A DNA stretch of 64,000 bases from Paramoeba atlantica (taxonomy: Eukaryota > Protista > Discosea): contig CDRNVI010000053.1 in the NCBI GenBank assembly GCA_977017575.1, positions 880,307 through 944,306 of the forward strand. The letters are read 5' to 3'. This document shows, piece after piece, positions 30,431 to 42,823 of this stretch. The notes below the pieces were generated by a model. The model made no database searches and had not been told where the DNA came from. It worked only from the letters and a program-made list of their open reading frames with translations. Made by a program: the position numbers and the translations under genes. How positions within the stretch are numbered: position 1 is the stretch's first letter; the number at the start of each line of letters is the position of its first letter.

Positions 30431-31453
30431 CCGTTACCCCCCCCCTTGCTTAGCCCCCACTTTTTGGTCCAATACCCGTACTTTGTGGTGAAGTAAGGGG
30501 GGTGGTGAAGTAAGAGGGGTGAATCAGTGATTCAAAGTTCGGTCAATTTATAGTTCTCTCGAAAAACCTCAAATTATTGAAGTATACTATGCTATCGACA
30601 TTGAGCACAATTTCCTTTTCTTGAGTGTTGTAATACCTCGTGTTGCACATTCTATATTTTATGCTTCTTTTAGTTTGTCTACGATGTCCCATGCGTTTTT
30701 AACTTTCCCCCCATGAAAATTTCTTGCAAAATTTAAGTGATGTCGCAGAACATAACTTATTGAACACCAAATTAAATTTTAGAATTACAAGACGCTGTAG
30801 AGCAACTTTATGATCAAAGCGATGATGAAACTGATATGGAAGAAAACCGTTTTGAATTAGAAATGGTACAACAAATCTAAGTCATTACGGATTGCTCCGA
30901 TTGGTCACTGGCAGGCCAGACCCTTCACATATACATGTAGATTTGAAACTTTCGTGGCCGAAGTCCTCTACCTGTTTTCGTTAGTACAAGGCGGGAACAA
31001 CGTGCTGCTACCAACCCGTTGCGTCGATGAACCCAAGATAATCTTCAAAAGTTACCTTTACTGCAGGTACGTAGCATTCCTGTAACCGTTATCATTTCCC
31101 CCCGGAACGTTAAACCGGACTGTGGTTTAAAATCCCGGTATGACGGCGTCGTCTTCACCAAGAAAGTTACACCAAGAAACTTATTTATTCTTTTTTACAC
31201 CAAGAACCTTTGTGCATCGATCTTTGTGCGCCATCTGTTTCCCCCCCTTTGAAGACCACTGGGCGTGGCCCTGCCTCGCCTTACCCCGATGCAACCCCGA
31301 TGCATGTAACCCCGATGCAACCCCGATGCATGTAAAGAGGTGGTAAGTTGTCTGGAGAAAAATCTGAAACCCCCCTTACTTCACCACACGTCCAGTGACT
31401 AAATGTGGTGAAGTAAGGGGGGAGGCGAAGTAAGGGGGGGGGGGGGGTAACGG
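30431..31453. mobile_element. TA-flanked TIR element inserted in the pogo transposase
   Basis: TA|ccgttacccccc...gggggggtaacgg|TA with subterminal gtggtgaagtaagggg repeats. Removal restores the frame ...LLDPD|MRFLCG. Confidence 0.8.
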
Positions 31454-32109
31454 TATGCGTTTTCTTTGCGGGAACAAAACCACTGTGTCGTACTCCTACA
31501 TCTTGAAATTTCTAAAAAGGTTCCATTTCCGACTCAAGTGCGTCAAGCGACAGTTTTCTTTAACTCCTGAAACGGTTGCTCGTAAATGGCAACAAATACA
31601 TTGTCACCTTTACCGGTGTCTAAAAACCAGACTTTGTTCTTTCGTCCTCAATTTCGATGAAATTCCAATTACGCTCTCTGGTACAATGGGAAGCGTACGA
31701 TAACAGAGGCGGGGGATCGCAATTTTCGTGTGAATCTCGACCCAAATGACTTCAAGAGAATTGGTACTCTTTTGACTGGTGTGGGTGTGATCTTGGAAAC
31801 TTTTACTGTATTTCGTCTTCCTATTATTAATTTTGAAAGGTTCCCCGAAACGTTCATCTATAAGAAACGAAGCCTACGATTCCCGAACAAAAAGAGCTTG
31901 GACCCCCAAGAGTGTGGTAACATCAGTTTTTTATCAGCGAGCATTCTTGTTCGCTCGGAAGCGTGTCCTTGAGCGCCATAAAATGAGTAATGGAGTTGCA
32001 ATTTTTGACTCGTGTAAAGTACACATGACGGAAACCGACTTAGACGCTATGCGTGATATCGGTTTCTTCCCCCTCATAATTCCTTCTGGCTGCACATCTT
32101 GGCTTCAGT

Positions 32110-33092
32110 GGACACTATGCAGTTATCCTGTGCCATTATGTGCTATCCTGTGCCATTTCGTGCCATCCTGTGCCATCCAGAGCGAAGATTTTTGGCACAA
32201 TGTCCACCTTTGGTGCTCGCCTTCATGTGGATCTTGGTACCCGTTTACAAGAAAAAGCGGGGTGGTTCCAAGCACTATACCCTTCCTGCTTATGAGTTCC
32301 CTGGTTTTGAGAAAAAGGAGCTCAGAAGCGTACCAGACCAGAATTCGAGCCATAAAAAAACGAAAATAGGGGCCCGCGGCGCTTCGCGCCGCGGGTTCTC
32401 CTTGACAATATTGCTGGCGCTAAAATGATTATCCGCTCAGTGAGCGAGTCTGTAGAGCAGCCTGACGTATGGTTGTTGGGATTTTTATGAATTTTGGTTC
32501 TGTGCAAAAAACAGATCGCTTCGCGAAAAGTGGGTACAAAAACATTCGCCTTAGAAAAAGGAACTCATAAGCGCACCAGAATTGGGGGAACTCATAGGCA
32601 GTAACAACTATAAGTACAAGTTTGTAGTCGCTCCATTAAACGCGGTGGTTAACGTTTTTTATATTACGTTACTTCTCTCCCATAAGTTCAAAAGAGTTCA
32701 TGACTCGAGGATAGTGAGGTTAAGAGAATCGGAAGAAGCCGTTCTTTCCGTACAATTCTTATCATAAACAATGAAATGATCTAAGTTAGTTTGCTTCAAT
32801 TCATCATCACTTCAATTCATCATTCTACGACCGCGGTTTTTTCTCAAGAGAAGAATAGGGTAGCTGGGAGATTGTGCTTACTTACCTCCCCACTCGTAAC
32901 GTAAATACACCTCCAAATTATGAATTATCAAACAATATGCAAAACTACAGTACAAAAGAGCATCCGAAAATATACTCCAATTTAAAAGGCTACTTAGGAG
33001 GAAGATTCCTAAAACTAGACTCGCCGTGCCATCCTGTGCCATTTCGTGCAATCCTGTGCCATCCACAGGGAGGGTAAACTTGCACAGTGTCC
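32110..33092. mobile_element. TIR element with probable 3 bp target duplication (PIF/Harbinger-like by inference)
   Basis: ggacactatgca...tgcacagtgtcc ends; flanks agt/aat; 10-mer atcctgtgcc subrepeats near both ends. Removal restores LQW|ID. Confidence 0.65.
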
Positions 33093-33699
33093 AATGGATT
33101 GACACGGATTTTGCCTCGTGCTACAAAGGAAAACATTTCCAGTTGTATTCCGCAGTGCATGCAGTGAAACTAACTGCTCGTCAGAAGCGTGCCTTTCCAC
33201 CGTCTTGTCGCCGGTGCTGTGGAGTCCTCCTTATTTCGACCGGATGTTGTTCTTGCTGCATTTAACAGATTAGGTTACCTTGATCCTTGCAAAGCTTCCA
33301 TTAGAAATATTGATTATCGGTTTGAGGAGCCAGACGATGTGGTACCTCCAATGGCACAAAGCGAAATGCACGGGAACGCGATAACATCGATCGGGCATCG
33401 CATGCGTTATTACAAAACAGAATGCCTGCTAAGCAACGCAAGATTACAGAGCTCGTAAAAGTTCAACAGGACCAAGACAGTGTTGCTAAACATTAAAAAA
33501 ATGTGAACAATACGTGGAAATTACGCGACTTATTCACAATGACGGTGTGAATCACATCACGCGCTGACTGCGCAGACTCCTATGATGTCACCAATTATTG
33601 TTCTCCACCTGTATTTCACTTTCCTTTACAATTTTTTGTTTTAGTTTTTTTATAACAACTATAATTCAGACATTATTGGAACTTATTATATTCGGTTAT

Positions 33700-35715
33700 A
33701 TGGACAATAGCGCCGGCACGGCGAACTCCACAACTCCACGTGCGAGACAACCATCAATATCTTTGAACAAACATTCTGACGAGAAACACGACTATTTCTC
33801 GGCGCGTTCGCTGGAACTTTGTGGCGGACACACCCCTGCTGTCGCTCATCACAAGAAACTCAATGTATGGCGTCTTGCAGGAATCGCTTTCGTATTCACG
33901 TGCTCGGGTCCATTCGGAGTAGAGGCCGCTCTTCGCGCCGGTGGACCCGGTTTGGGCATGCTAGGAATTTGTCTGACGCCACTTGTTTTTGTTCTTCCTC
34001 AAATTGCAATGGTGGCAGAGCTTGCGACAATGATCCCAAGTAATCATGGCTATGTCGCGTGGGTTTCTCGCGCATTTGGATCGTTTCTTGGATTTCAGAA
34101 CGCGTTTTGTTCCATGCTTGCTAATTTCGTCGACATGGCTGTATACACTGCGCTTTTCAGCGCGTATCTCTTCGTCCGATTCGCTCCTGATGCCCCTTTT
34201 TTTGCCCAATACCTAGTCCGTTTGGTGTGCGTGATTGTCGCCACCTTGTTTGCGCTTCTTGAGTCCAAACACGTTGCCGAAATTAGCGCAGCAATTGGTT
34301 CTCTCGTCATGCTTCCCTTTGTGGTGGGCTTTTGCCTTGCCGCAAAAAGCATTCGCCCCTCCCAATGGGTTGAGCTGTGGCCGGATAAGGATTGGGCACT
34401 GTGGGGTTCCTCTCTATGCTGGCTTTTCACCGGGTGGAATTCCCTGGGCAATCTCGCCGCGGAGGTAAAATTCCCCCACGTGTACTCCCGCGGAATGGGT
34501 ATTGCCATTGTGCTTGACGTCCTTGCCTATCTTGTAACCGTCGCCGCTGCTCTCACCGTTCCCCCCTCCAAGGTTGTAGGGGAAAAGATCTGGGGCGACG
34601 GCTACCTTGTGGTTGCAATGGAAGTGATTCTCCCAGGTTTGGGCACAACAATAGCAGTTGCTGCCGCTCTGAGTATATTTGGTATGCTCGTTAATTGCAT
34701 GACGTGTTACGCTCGTGCAGTTGCCGGGATGGCGGAACTGGGTTGGCTTCCTTCACTTCTGGCAAAAACGCGCCCCGGAACCCTAGTCCCGCATAATTCC
34801 GTTTTCGCATTTACCGTGATTGTATCTATACTCTCTTTGTTTGATTTTGACTTACTTATCAAAGTGGATCTAATACTTGCGGCGGAGAGCTACATATTAA
34901 CCTTCTTGGCTTTTCTACGTCTCCGTTATACCGAAGCCGATACTCCAAGACCTTACAAAGTTCCTCTTGGTATGTTTGGAGCTTGGTCAACCACGCTGAT
35001 GAAAATTGCAGTCATGCTGTTCAGCATGTTGGCTGTTTTCCTTGATCAACCCCATATTACTGTGCCGTTGACCGTCGCCATCAATCTTCTCATTATCGGG
35101 CTCTACATTACGATGACACACCCTCGCTTTGAAAAATTGCGTGTTCTTCTTCGATTGACTCCTATTAAAGTAGAAATGTACCCAAGAATGAAGCGCCGTC
35201 ACTCCGCCCCTGCTTTATTGTTTTTTGAAAAGAGTCCACAGCAGCTTCCTGTAATTAATGAAACGGAGATTCATGCCGAACATTTTTCGATCAGTCACCT
35301 TTCTGAAAAAGGGGTAAACGCAATTACCAAGTCTGAATCCGCGGGCGGAGCACCGAAGGACTCTCCTCCACCTCGAGATCCTCAATTAAACCTTTCTATA
35401 GAACCAACGGATTCAGCAATTTTAGCATCCCACAAGGGATCGCGGAATTCTTTAGTGGACAAAAAATCCATGTTAACTGAAAATATTCTCCACGAACCAT
35501 CATTGACCCCCACAGTCTCGTCCTTTTCAGAGCCTAGTCTTTCAAGTTCTATGCACGCTTTACGTGGAAGTGCTCTTTCTTCCGGAACGGAAAATCTTGA
35601 GCATGAGGATGAATTTGAATCAAGTGGTCCACATCCCACTCTGCCTTTCTATTCGGAGCGTAAAGGACCTGATCAGACTCGTTTTTCACATTCTATGTCA
35701 AAGAAGCCACCGTAA
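33700..35715 (+). CDS. APC-superfamily amino acid/polyamine permease (PHS/POT-like)
   Basis: About 12 hydrophobic segments; SGPFGVEAA, ELATMIPSNHGYVAWVSRAFG, PRPYKVP. First ATG at 33700. Confidence 0.87.
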   Translation: MDNSAGTANSTTPRARQPSISLNKHSDEKHDYFSARSLELCGGHTPAVAHHKKLNVWRLAGIAFVFTCSGPFGVEAALRAGGPGLGMLGICLTPLVFVLPQIAMVAELATMIPSNHGYVAWVSRAFGSFLGFQNAFCSMLANFVDMAVYTALFSAYLFVRFAPDAPFFAQYLVRLVCVIVATLFALLESKHVAEISAAIGSLVMLPFVVGFCLAAKSIRPSQWVELWPDKDWALWGSSLCWLFTGWNSLGNLAAEVKFPHVYSRGMGIAIVLDVLAYLVTVAAALTVPPSKVVGEKIWGDGYLVVAMEVILPGLGTTIAVAAALSIFGMLVNCMTCYARAVAGMAELGWLPSLLAKTRPGTLVPHNSVFAFTVIVSILSLFDFDLLIKVDLILAAESYILTFLAFLRLRYTEADTPRPYKVPLGMFGAWSTTLMKIAVMLFSMLAVFLDQPHITVPLTVAINLLIIGLYITMTHPRFEKLRVLLRLTPIKVEMYPRMKRRHSAPALLFFEKSPQQLPVINETEIHAEHFSISHLSEKGVNAITKSESAGGAPKDSPPPRDPQLNLSIEPTDSAILASHKGSRNSLVDKKSMLTENILHEPSLTPTVSSFSEPSLSSSMHALRGSALSSGTENLEHEDEFESSGPHPTLPFYSERKGPDQTRFSHSMSKKPP

Positions 35716-36159
35716 TAAGCAGGACATCTGTGCTGTCCTTTCTTCCATTATTAAATCAAACCCATCAAAAGTAACATTCTTGATGTGTATGCATCGCTGG
35801 TATCTCTGTAGTAGAAGAGTGTCTTACAGTAGTTCCATAAAACACGTAAAACATATAGTTTATAAAGTTTTGTTTAATATCATGCCTTAATATAACTATC
35901 ACAATAGTATTATCTTTCGTCACATACCTCAGACTATATCTGGCATTTTTTGCCACACTTTTCTCCTTGCACCGGATGGTTTTTCTCTTGGAATGGGCTG
36001 AGAATATAGTATTTTTCTTTTCTAAACAATCCACTTGCATGTACTGTACATTTTATGTACTTTATGTACTTTTATGTTCGCTATATTTTTGATCGGTGTT
36101 TCAAAGTTTGTTGAATCATCCTCTTGTTTCATTTGTATGCTCGGTTTTTGTTCTTTACC

Positions 36160-37266
36160 ATGAAAGTTGTGTTCACGCAAATGTCTTCCTACTGGTTTCT
36201 TCTTGCTTTGCTAAGTGTTTATTGCGTGGAGGGCAACGCCTCAGACGCTCCAAAAGCCCGGATGGATGGCACCGTCGAGCTCTCTACCTCAAGTTTTGAC
36301 GCTTTTGTCGGTCATAATCGCGCAGCGTTGGTACAGTTTCACACTCCGTGGTGTCGTCGTTGCGAACATTTCGCTCTGGAATACGCTCGTGTTGGAAACG
36401 CAGCGAAGAATTCTGACAAAGTTGTGGTGGCAACGCTAAATGCTGAACAATTTCCTGAAATTGCAGAACGTTTCTCTGTTTCTGGTTACCCAACTTATTT
36501 GTTCTTTTCCTCGGGAAGCCTGGACCCAGAGCCGATAGAACAACCCGCAGACGCAGTGACGTTAACGAAAATCTTAAATGATAAAGTTCATGGTTGTGAC
36601 CTAAAGCTCTCTCAGGAACAGAGTTACGTAAAGGAATTGGATCCGAGCACATTTTACTCCGTAGCACTCAATCCATCGAAACACGTTTTCGTTGAGTTTT
36701 ATGCAACGTGGTGTGAACGGTGCGCAAGGATTGCGCCAAATTACGAAAGATTGGGGCTTACTTATGTCAATGAGCCAGATGTCGTGATTGCTCGAATCGA
36801 GTGCACTGAGTCTGCAAGCAAGGACATTGGACACAAATATGGGATGCAGGGCTTTCCTTATTTTGTGTGGTTTCCAAAGGACAATAAGAAAGGCACGCCT
36901 TATCATAGCACACTTCATATTTCTGGATTGGTTCAATTTGTGAACAATGGAGCGGGGATTCGTCGTCAAGTTGGTGGAGATTTGGACATTGCTGAAGGAA
37001 CCACCCATGAGCTGCGTCAACTTGCTCTAAAATACATGAAAGCTGATGATGAAGCTCGAAAAGACATTCTTGATGTAGTAAAAAAAGACCCGGATAGACG
37101 AGCTCAATCCTATGCAAAAATTATGGAGCGGATTGAAAAAGATGGAGAAGGATACGTCGACAAAGAAAATAGTCGACTGAAACGCATGCTTGGAGGAAAG
37201 AGTTTGAACATGGAGACAGTTGATGAGTTTCAGAAGAAGATAAATGTCTTAACATGTTTCAAATAA
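36160..37266 (+). CDS. Protein disulfide isomerase, two thioredoxin domains plus ERp29-like C-domain
   Basis: Signal peptide, FHTPWCRRC and FYATWCERC thioredoxin motifs, helical C-domain (YAKIMERIEKDGEGYVDKENSRLKRML). Confidence 0.88.
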   Translation: MKVVFTQMSSYWFLLALLSVYCVEGNASDAPKARMDGTVELSTSSFDAFVGHNRAALVQFHTPWCRRCEHFALEYARVGNAAKNSDKVVVATLNAEQFPEIAERFSVSGYPTYLFFSSGSLDPEPIEQPADAVTLTKILNDKVHGCDLKLSQEQSYVKELDPSTFYSVALNPSKHVFVEFYATWCERCARIAPNYERLGLTYVNEPDVVIARIECTESASKDIGHKYGMQGFPYFVWFPKDNKKGTPYHSTLHISGLVQFVNNGAGIRRQVGGDLDIAEGTTHELRQLALKYMKADDEARKDILDVVKKDPDRRAQSYAKIMERIEKDGEGYVDKENSRLKRMLGGKSLNMETVDEFQKKINVLTCFK

Positions 37267-37711
37267 AATTGACTTTTGTCGAAGTTCTCTTACTTTCTTT
37301 TGGTGTTGCTACTTTTTGTGTAAAACCAAGCACTTATTGATATTTTTATACCATTTAGAAATCAAAGTACAGTGCCCGTATACAGTCCCCGTAAATTTTT
37401 GTGCAATAAAAATACTGCAAAATAGAAATGTGAAATGTTAATTCGTGAACAAATTTCGAAATCACGTTCGACCTTTTTTTTTGTTTTTTTTAAACGGAGG
37501 TCCGGTTTAGCATATCTGTGACCTCATACCATACTGGGGGGGATTGTGGTTTGTCATACTCAGTGCAACAAAAATGAGAAAAATATGGGTGTGTTCCGGA
37601 TGTCAGTATTTTCGCATACTCAGTGCAACACTGTTTTTTCGGTCGGACAGCACCACGAACGGACACGGGATTGTGTGAGACATGTTAAGAAACAATGGAT
37701 TAAGAAAACAA

Positions 37712-38800
37712 TTGCGGTGGACAACTACCGCTCTACCCTCGATTATTGAAAAAAAGGTGAACAAAAACAGTGAAAATATAAAGAGGAACACAGTAATAAA
37801 ATAAATATAATTTATAATAGAAGAAAAAAATATAAAAGGGGGCCCCGGGGTCACTTTACACGTCAAATACCCCTGGACAAATAAATTGCCTATGGACAGA
37901 TAAAATGACAATGGACAGATAAAATGCTGCTAATAAAAAAGGTCGGCTTCAGTACCATCTGCACAGATGGCGGCCAAAGTAAAGGAATATTGCATGATTC
38001 AAGGAATATTGCATAAGTCAAGGAATATTGCATAAGTCAGGGAATATTGCATAAGTCAGGGAATATTGCATAAGTCAGGAACCATTGAAATTAAAGCCCT
38101 TGCACTTCTCTCCTGCACCCGGTGAGGCCACAGAGTTGCGAGAGGCTTCCATACCCCACAACTACCACCTTCCCCCCCTATTTAGCGGGGTTGCGCACTG
38201 AGAACCTATGTCTACCCCTTCCGCAGGATTGTCCAGAGTCAAGACCCAACCGTGAGCGGACCCCACTTCTGGAGGCAAAAGCTCCAGCGTGCGGGCCGCG
38301 CACTGAGAATCTATGTCTAGGATTGTGCAACGCGGACAAACATCGCGGGTGAGCTCACAGAGAAGTTGAAAGCTGTGTGACCTAATTTACCCGTCCGGAG
38401 GAGCTCCACCACTGATGAGTATGGCGTGGGAAGATTTATGGATGGGAGGCAATTTTTCTGTCCAAAGGCACTTTATTTGTCCAAAGGCATTTTATCTGTC
38501 CAAAGGCATTGGTCCTGTCCGGCCGCCGGGCCACGGTGGCCCAAAACTGAAATAAAAAATTGAAAAAAATGGGGGGTCCAGGGGGGTGGGGCATACGTCG
38601 CGAATTTTTTTATCAAATTTTCGCTTTTCAAAATCGAGCGCAGGGAAGTGGTAGAGTAGGCCGCGGCGATAATTTTCCACCTCCCCTCCTTGGGGGTGAC
38701 CCCCCCTGGTACACGCAGGAGGGGTCCGACAACGTCAAAATTTCCGAATTTTTTGGGTGGACGGTAGGGACAAATATTTGACGAAAATTATTTTTTTTTC
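37712..38800 (-). mobile_element. Divergent hairpin-element copy G, interrupted by a ~690 bp insertion (about 37849-38534)
   Basis: Terminal module ttgcggtggacaactaccgctctaccctcg at 37712. The body sequence ggggccccgg|...|ggtggcccaaaactg resumes at about 38535. Confidence 0.6.
37983..38077. repeat. 19 bp tandem repeat x5 ((a/g)ggaatattgcataagtca)
   Basis: Five contiguous units with no spacers. Confidence 0.9.
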
Positions 38801-40060
38801 GAAAATGATTCAAACGTCCTTTTAAATATTTTTATGGCATTTGCAGGTTCACACACCCATTTTAAGCGTTTAAAAGAGACATCACCGCCCGCCCAGCTAC
38901 CGTCACCCATCCCAGCCACGATCCCCCATCCAGCCACCCGCTCAGCCCCTCGAACCAAATCTCGCTTACTGGGGCCAATCTCTCTTACGGGACTTACGGT
39001 AATAGTGGGCGGTCTACGGTAACACTCCGAGAAATTCGACCAGTCAGCTATCCACAAGGAAGAACAATGAGTAGTGACCCACACAGCTGCTGCTATCCAA
39101 GAAACGCCCAAGCCCGGGGTATGCCAGTTTCCCTGACGGCCTCACATTAGGCACCCAGACCCTCCGAATAGGTCTGGGGGACCGACTCGGACCCCCCCCC
39201 CGCATGGAACCAACTCCAGTACCCGATGTGGTCGTTAAACAACGTTAAACACGTCGGCAGAAACTGGTAGAGGCGTTCGGACCTCGCACCCCCAAACCTC
39301 TGCGAAGGGCCTATTGTGTCACCCTTGAAGGAGGGTGGCAACTTCCCGAAGGGGGAACATCCTGAGGGAGCCAGCGGCCAGCTGGGGCGACCCGGTGCCC
39401 TTCATTCACTCAGAAACGCATTTGCCGTCCTGCGATAGTCATCTGCGTTTTTCAGGTAAGAAAATGCTGATTTCATGTGGATCAAAGCGTCGAAACTTCC
39501 TTCAGATCGCCGGGAAGAAACAAAGTAACCGATCATTCCCAAGTAATCGTCAGGGGCGCTCAAGCGCCCACAAGAACGTCTCGCCGCGCTGACTTATTGC
39601 ACTTTCGACCAGAGTGTTGGATTTCTGGTGATCTACCCACGGGAAAAGTTTCGATAGAGTGAATTACTATGCCATTTAACTAAAGAAGTGTGGTGCAACA
39701 AGTTAATAAAATTATGCGCTCAGAGACGCTGAAAATGGCTGCATGAATACGAAAATGATTTGAAAACTTTTAAAAAAATATTGTGAGCGATTTCGAAAAA
39801 AATCAATTTTTCGTCAAATATTTGTCCCTACCACCCTTTTTGGGGTTACCAAAAGAAAGCTCTGCGAGAGCTCTCGAATGCGCTATTATTTTCCAAAATT
39901 GGCCAAGTTATAAGAATTTTGACCCCCCCCATATTTTCGTGCACACCCCTGTATTCACTAAAACGAGCGTAATAAACTCCTGGACACCCCTCTTTATGTT
40001 GTTTTTTATAGGTCGTCTTTCCTTTTATTTTTTTATTTGCGGCAGCTATATTCCAATTTT

Positions 40061-40426
40061 ATGGTAGCTGAATCTATCGTGGATGATTCTCGTTCCGTAG
40101 ATGATTCTCTTCCTCATCTTGACATTTTGCCTCTTTCTGCCTTGAAAAGCTCTTCAAATTGTAATGTCGAAGTAGAGCTCAAAAATGGAGAAATTTTGAT
40201 CGGTTCTCTGATTACAGCTGACACGTGGATGAACCTTTTTATGGCGCGCGTTCAACGTATTTCGTCGGATGGAAGTCATTTTTGGTCTTTGAAGGAGTGC
40301 TGTATCCGAGGCAGCTCTATTTCATCTCTGCGACTTGACTCCTCGTGTATACAGCTTTCTGTTGCGCAGAACGCCGCTCGAGAGAAATACAGAAAAACCA
40401 AGTTGGCTCAAAACCTCTCTTTGTGA
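40061..40426 (+). CDS. LSM4: Sm-like protein LSm4
   Basis: LPLSALK...VELKNGE...DTWMNL...SSDGSHFW..ECCIRGSSI matches LSm4. Confidence 0.87.
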   Translation: MVAESIVDDSRSVDDSLPHLDILPLSALKSSSNCNVEVELKNGEILIGSLITADTWMNLFMARVQRISSDGSHFWSLKECCIRGSSISSLRLDSSCIQLSVAQNAAREKYRKTKLAQNLSL

Positions 40427-40623
40427 GAAAATCGCTTAAAAAATAAATTTGTTTCACATCTAATGATAATGATAACATCACACACAGTTTGTTTTAAGCC
40501 ATTTGAGCTCAAAGATGTAACACCTCAAACATGTAATAAACGGGGGTCCGGGATCATAACACACAGGGGGGAAAAACAGTTACGGTGGAATATTCAAATA
40601 CGAGTGGATTGCGGTGCTTGTAT

Positions 40624-40742
40624 TTTTCTTTTTTAGGCTCTTCGTTAAACGCGGTGGTTGTTTTCAACTTAGAAGTCACTCATGCTGCGCTCTTCGCGTT
40701 AAACATAACCACCGCGTTTAACGAAGAGGCTAAAAAAGAAAA
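40624..40742. repeat. Isolated large-hairpin module of the double-hairpin element
   Basis: ttttcttttttaggctcttcgttaaacgcggtgg...ccaccgcgtttaacgaagaggctaaaaaagaaaa. Confidence 0.85.
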
Positions 40743-40997
40743 ATTGCCAAAATATCATGAATGAAAAGAGAGTCCGTATAGCTCCTTTTCCTGTGGCGGA
40801 AGAAGCCCAAGCAAAAAACTGAAAACTAAGTTTTCTTCCGCGAAATAAACACCCCCAATGGAAAGTGAACCACCTCTTTTTTCGTACAAGTGTCCGTTTG
40901 AGCTGATTTTTGTTGCATTTTGCAGATCTCAACACAGAGACTTTGCGCGAGAAGGAATGAAACTAAAAGAAGAGAATACGTATAATTTAGAGAGAAA

Positions 40998-41318
40998 TTA
41001 CCATTTTGTCACTTTTTCGCCGCTCAATTTTATACACTGTTTAAGGCGAGAGTCAAAGCTTAAGACCGTTTTGTCGATCACTTTTTGAGGCAAAGAAGAC
41101 CATGCTTTACGTACACATCGGATAAGTGAAGGTTTGTTCGCTGGGGTTTGTTCGTCTACTGCCTCTTGAACCATAGACCAGACGTTTTCTATGGGGGAAA
41201 GGTCTGGTGAATTGGGGGGCCAATTTTTTAATACATCTTTCATTCTACCTGTAGTGTAGTCCTTAGAGGCATGGGCGGTATGTGCCGTGGCCCCATCTTG
41301 TTGAAAATTACAATTCAT
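40998..41318 (-). pseudogene. Tc1/IS630-family transposase C-terminal fragment
   Basis: FQQDGATAHTA...WPPNSPDLSPIENVW, the second D and the E of a Tc1-type DDE domain. A related DNA fragment lies at about 42845-42915. Confidence 0.9.
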
Positions 41319-42467
41319 GGGGAAAGTTACCTTGTTGAGCGTCTCTACATAGTATCTAGACAGTCTCTACACAGTATGTAGGACATACTCGTGATAGACG
41401 AGTCAGAATGCAGAATAACCAATTGTCTCCACCCTACTCCTATGGCACCCCAAACTTGACATTTTGGCGCCCAGCGTACTTTTTAACGCGGGGCTGCTTT
41501 TTGACCGGGTGCTACCCACATATTCTTTCGGCGATCATTCGTGTCAAATATTTTTTTGTCTGTAAATACAACACGAGGTATCCATACTGTAAGTTTTTGC
41601 AAAGTTTACTCTTTTTATTTTTTGTAATTCAGTGGGGCCTTGGCACACAGGCCTAGCGCTATAATTATACCCCATATACTCAAGATCATTAAGGACTGTG
41701 TTGTTCTACACTTTTGTACCCCTATCACGTAACTTGGCTTTAATACGCCTAGCTGAGTTAATCTTTGGCACACCGACGGGGTCTAGAGGGGTAAGAATTT
41801 TCTTTATTTCTTCGCGACTCAATACTTTTTTTTGCGGTCAGGGCTCAAAGTGTATGTTGGGGTGGGTTTTTTTCGTTCAGATATTTTCTTACAATCCTAA
41901 GAGAAACATTACATTCGCGGGACAGCTTCCTTTTTGACACACCCTGACCGTCCCTCATCCTTAACAAAGGCTTTCCGCTATTCGTAAGCCCCCCTTTCGG
42001 TAGCCGAAAAGGAGACTTCGGCATTTTTCCGAAAAAATGAAGTTTTTCAAAAAAGGAAATCAGTTTTTTTAAAGATTTTTAAAAGAGCTGAAAATAGCGG
42101 GAACGTACAGATCTCAAAATTTTGAACGATAATGTGGTTCCGTAATCCCCCTACACCACCCTGTGCGAATAATAAGGGTGGGTCACTTATTCGTTGGGGG
42201 GGGGTTATAAGAAACTTTATTAAGCCTGTCATAAATTGACTTTTTACATGGTGTCATTCGTGCTAAAAGAGAGCCTCAAAACGTTTTTGATCACTTTTTC
42301 CTGTTATAGATTTTTATAGATCTATAATACTATAGCGGTGGTTGTATAACTACCGCTCTACCCTCGATTATTGAAAAAAAGTGAACAAAAACAGTGAAAA
42401 TATAAGGAAGAAAACCGTAATAAACCCCGAGTAAATTTTGAAATGTGCATACGTGCTACCGGGAGTA

Positions 42468-42823
42468 CACCCCCGCCAAAAAGTATTCTCCACAAAAATG
42501 GCCGACACAAAAAGTATTGTATTTATTAGTATCGACCATTTTTTTGAGTTTTGACCAGAATTTTGGTTGTTTTTTTCGAATTTTCAGGAAATTAGCATAA
42601 TGAGTTCTGATATACGCGGCCACTTGATCTCTAGGGAAGCTGAGTGATTTCTCTCCTATTTTTATGCTTCACTATACGTTTACACAGAACCGATATGATA
42701 ATGTCCAACTTTTTGGAGGCCAGTGGCAACTCGTGGAAATCGACAAAAAGTATTGTATTTATTAGTATCGACCAAACATTCGTGGTCGATACTAATAAAT
42801 TACAATACTTTTTGGCGGGGGTG
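42468..42823. mobile_element. Tc1-like MITE (TIR cacccccgccaaaaagtatt), TA-flanked
   Basis: Perfect 20 bp TIRs with TA on both sides. Further copies at 56478-56793 and, partial, from 57076. Confidence 0.85.

Larger units (their letters stand above)
29335..33515 (+). pseudogene. Decayed pogo/Tigger-like (CENP-B/DDE_1) DNA transposon, interrupted twice
   Basis: Tc5-type HTH across the 30430/31456 junction, VLNFDEIP, AIFDSCKVH and IPSGCTSWLQW|IDTDF. Inverted subterminal match tattgttcacatttttt at 29337 and 33495-33512. Outer limits approximate. Confidence 0.72.

Noticed and set aside
37983-38077. 19 bp repeats as a CRISPR array (also the 12 bp array at 59545-59630 and the 20 bp array at 51370-51470)
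   Set aside because: Units are contiguous with no unique spacers, there are no cas genes, and the context is eukaryotic.
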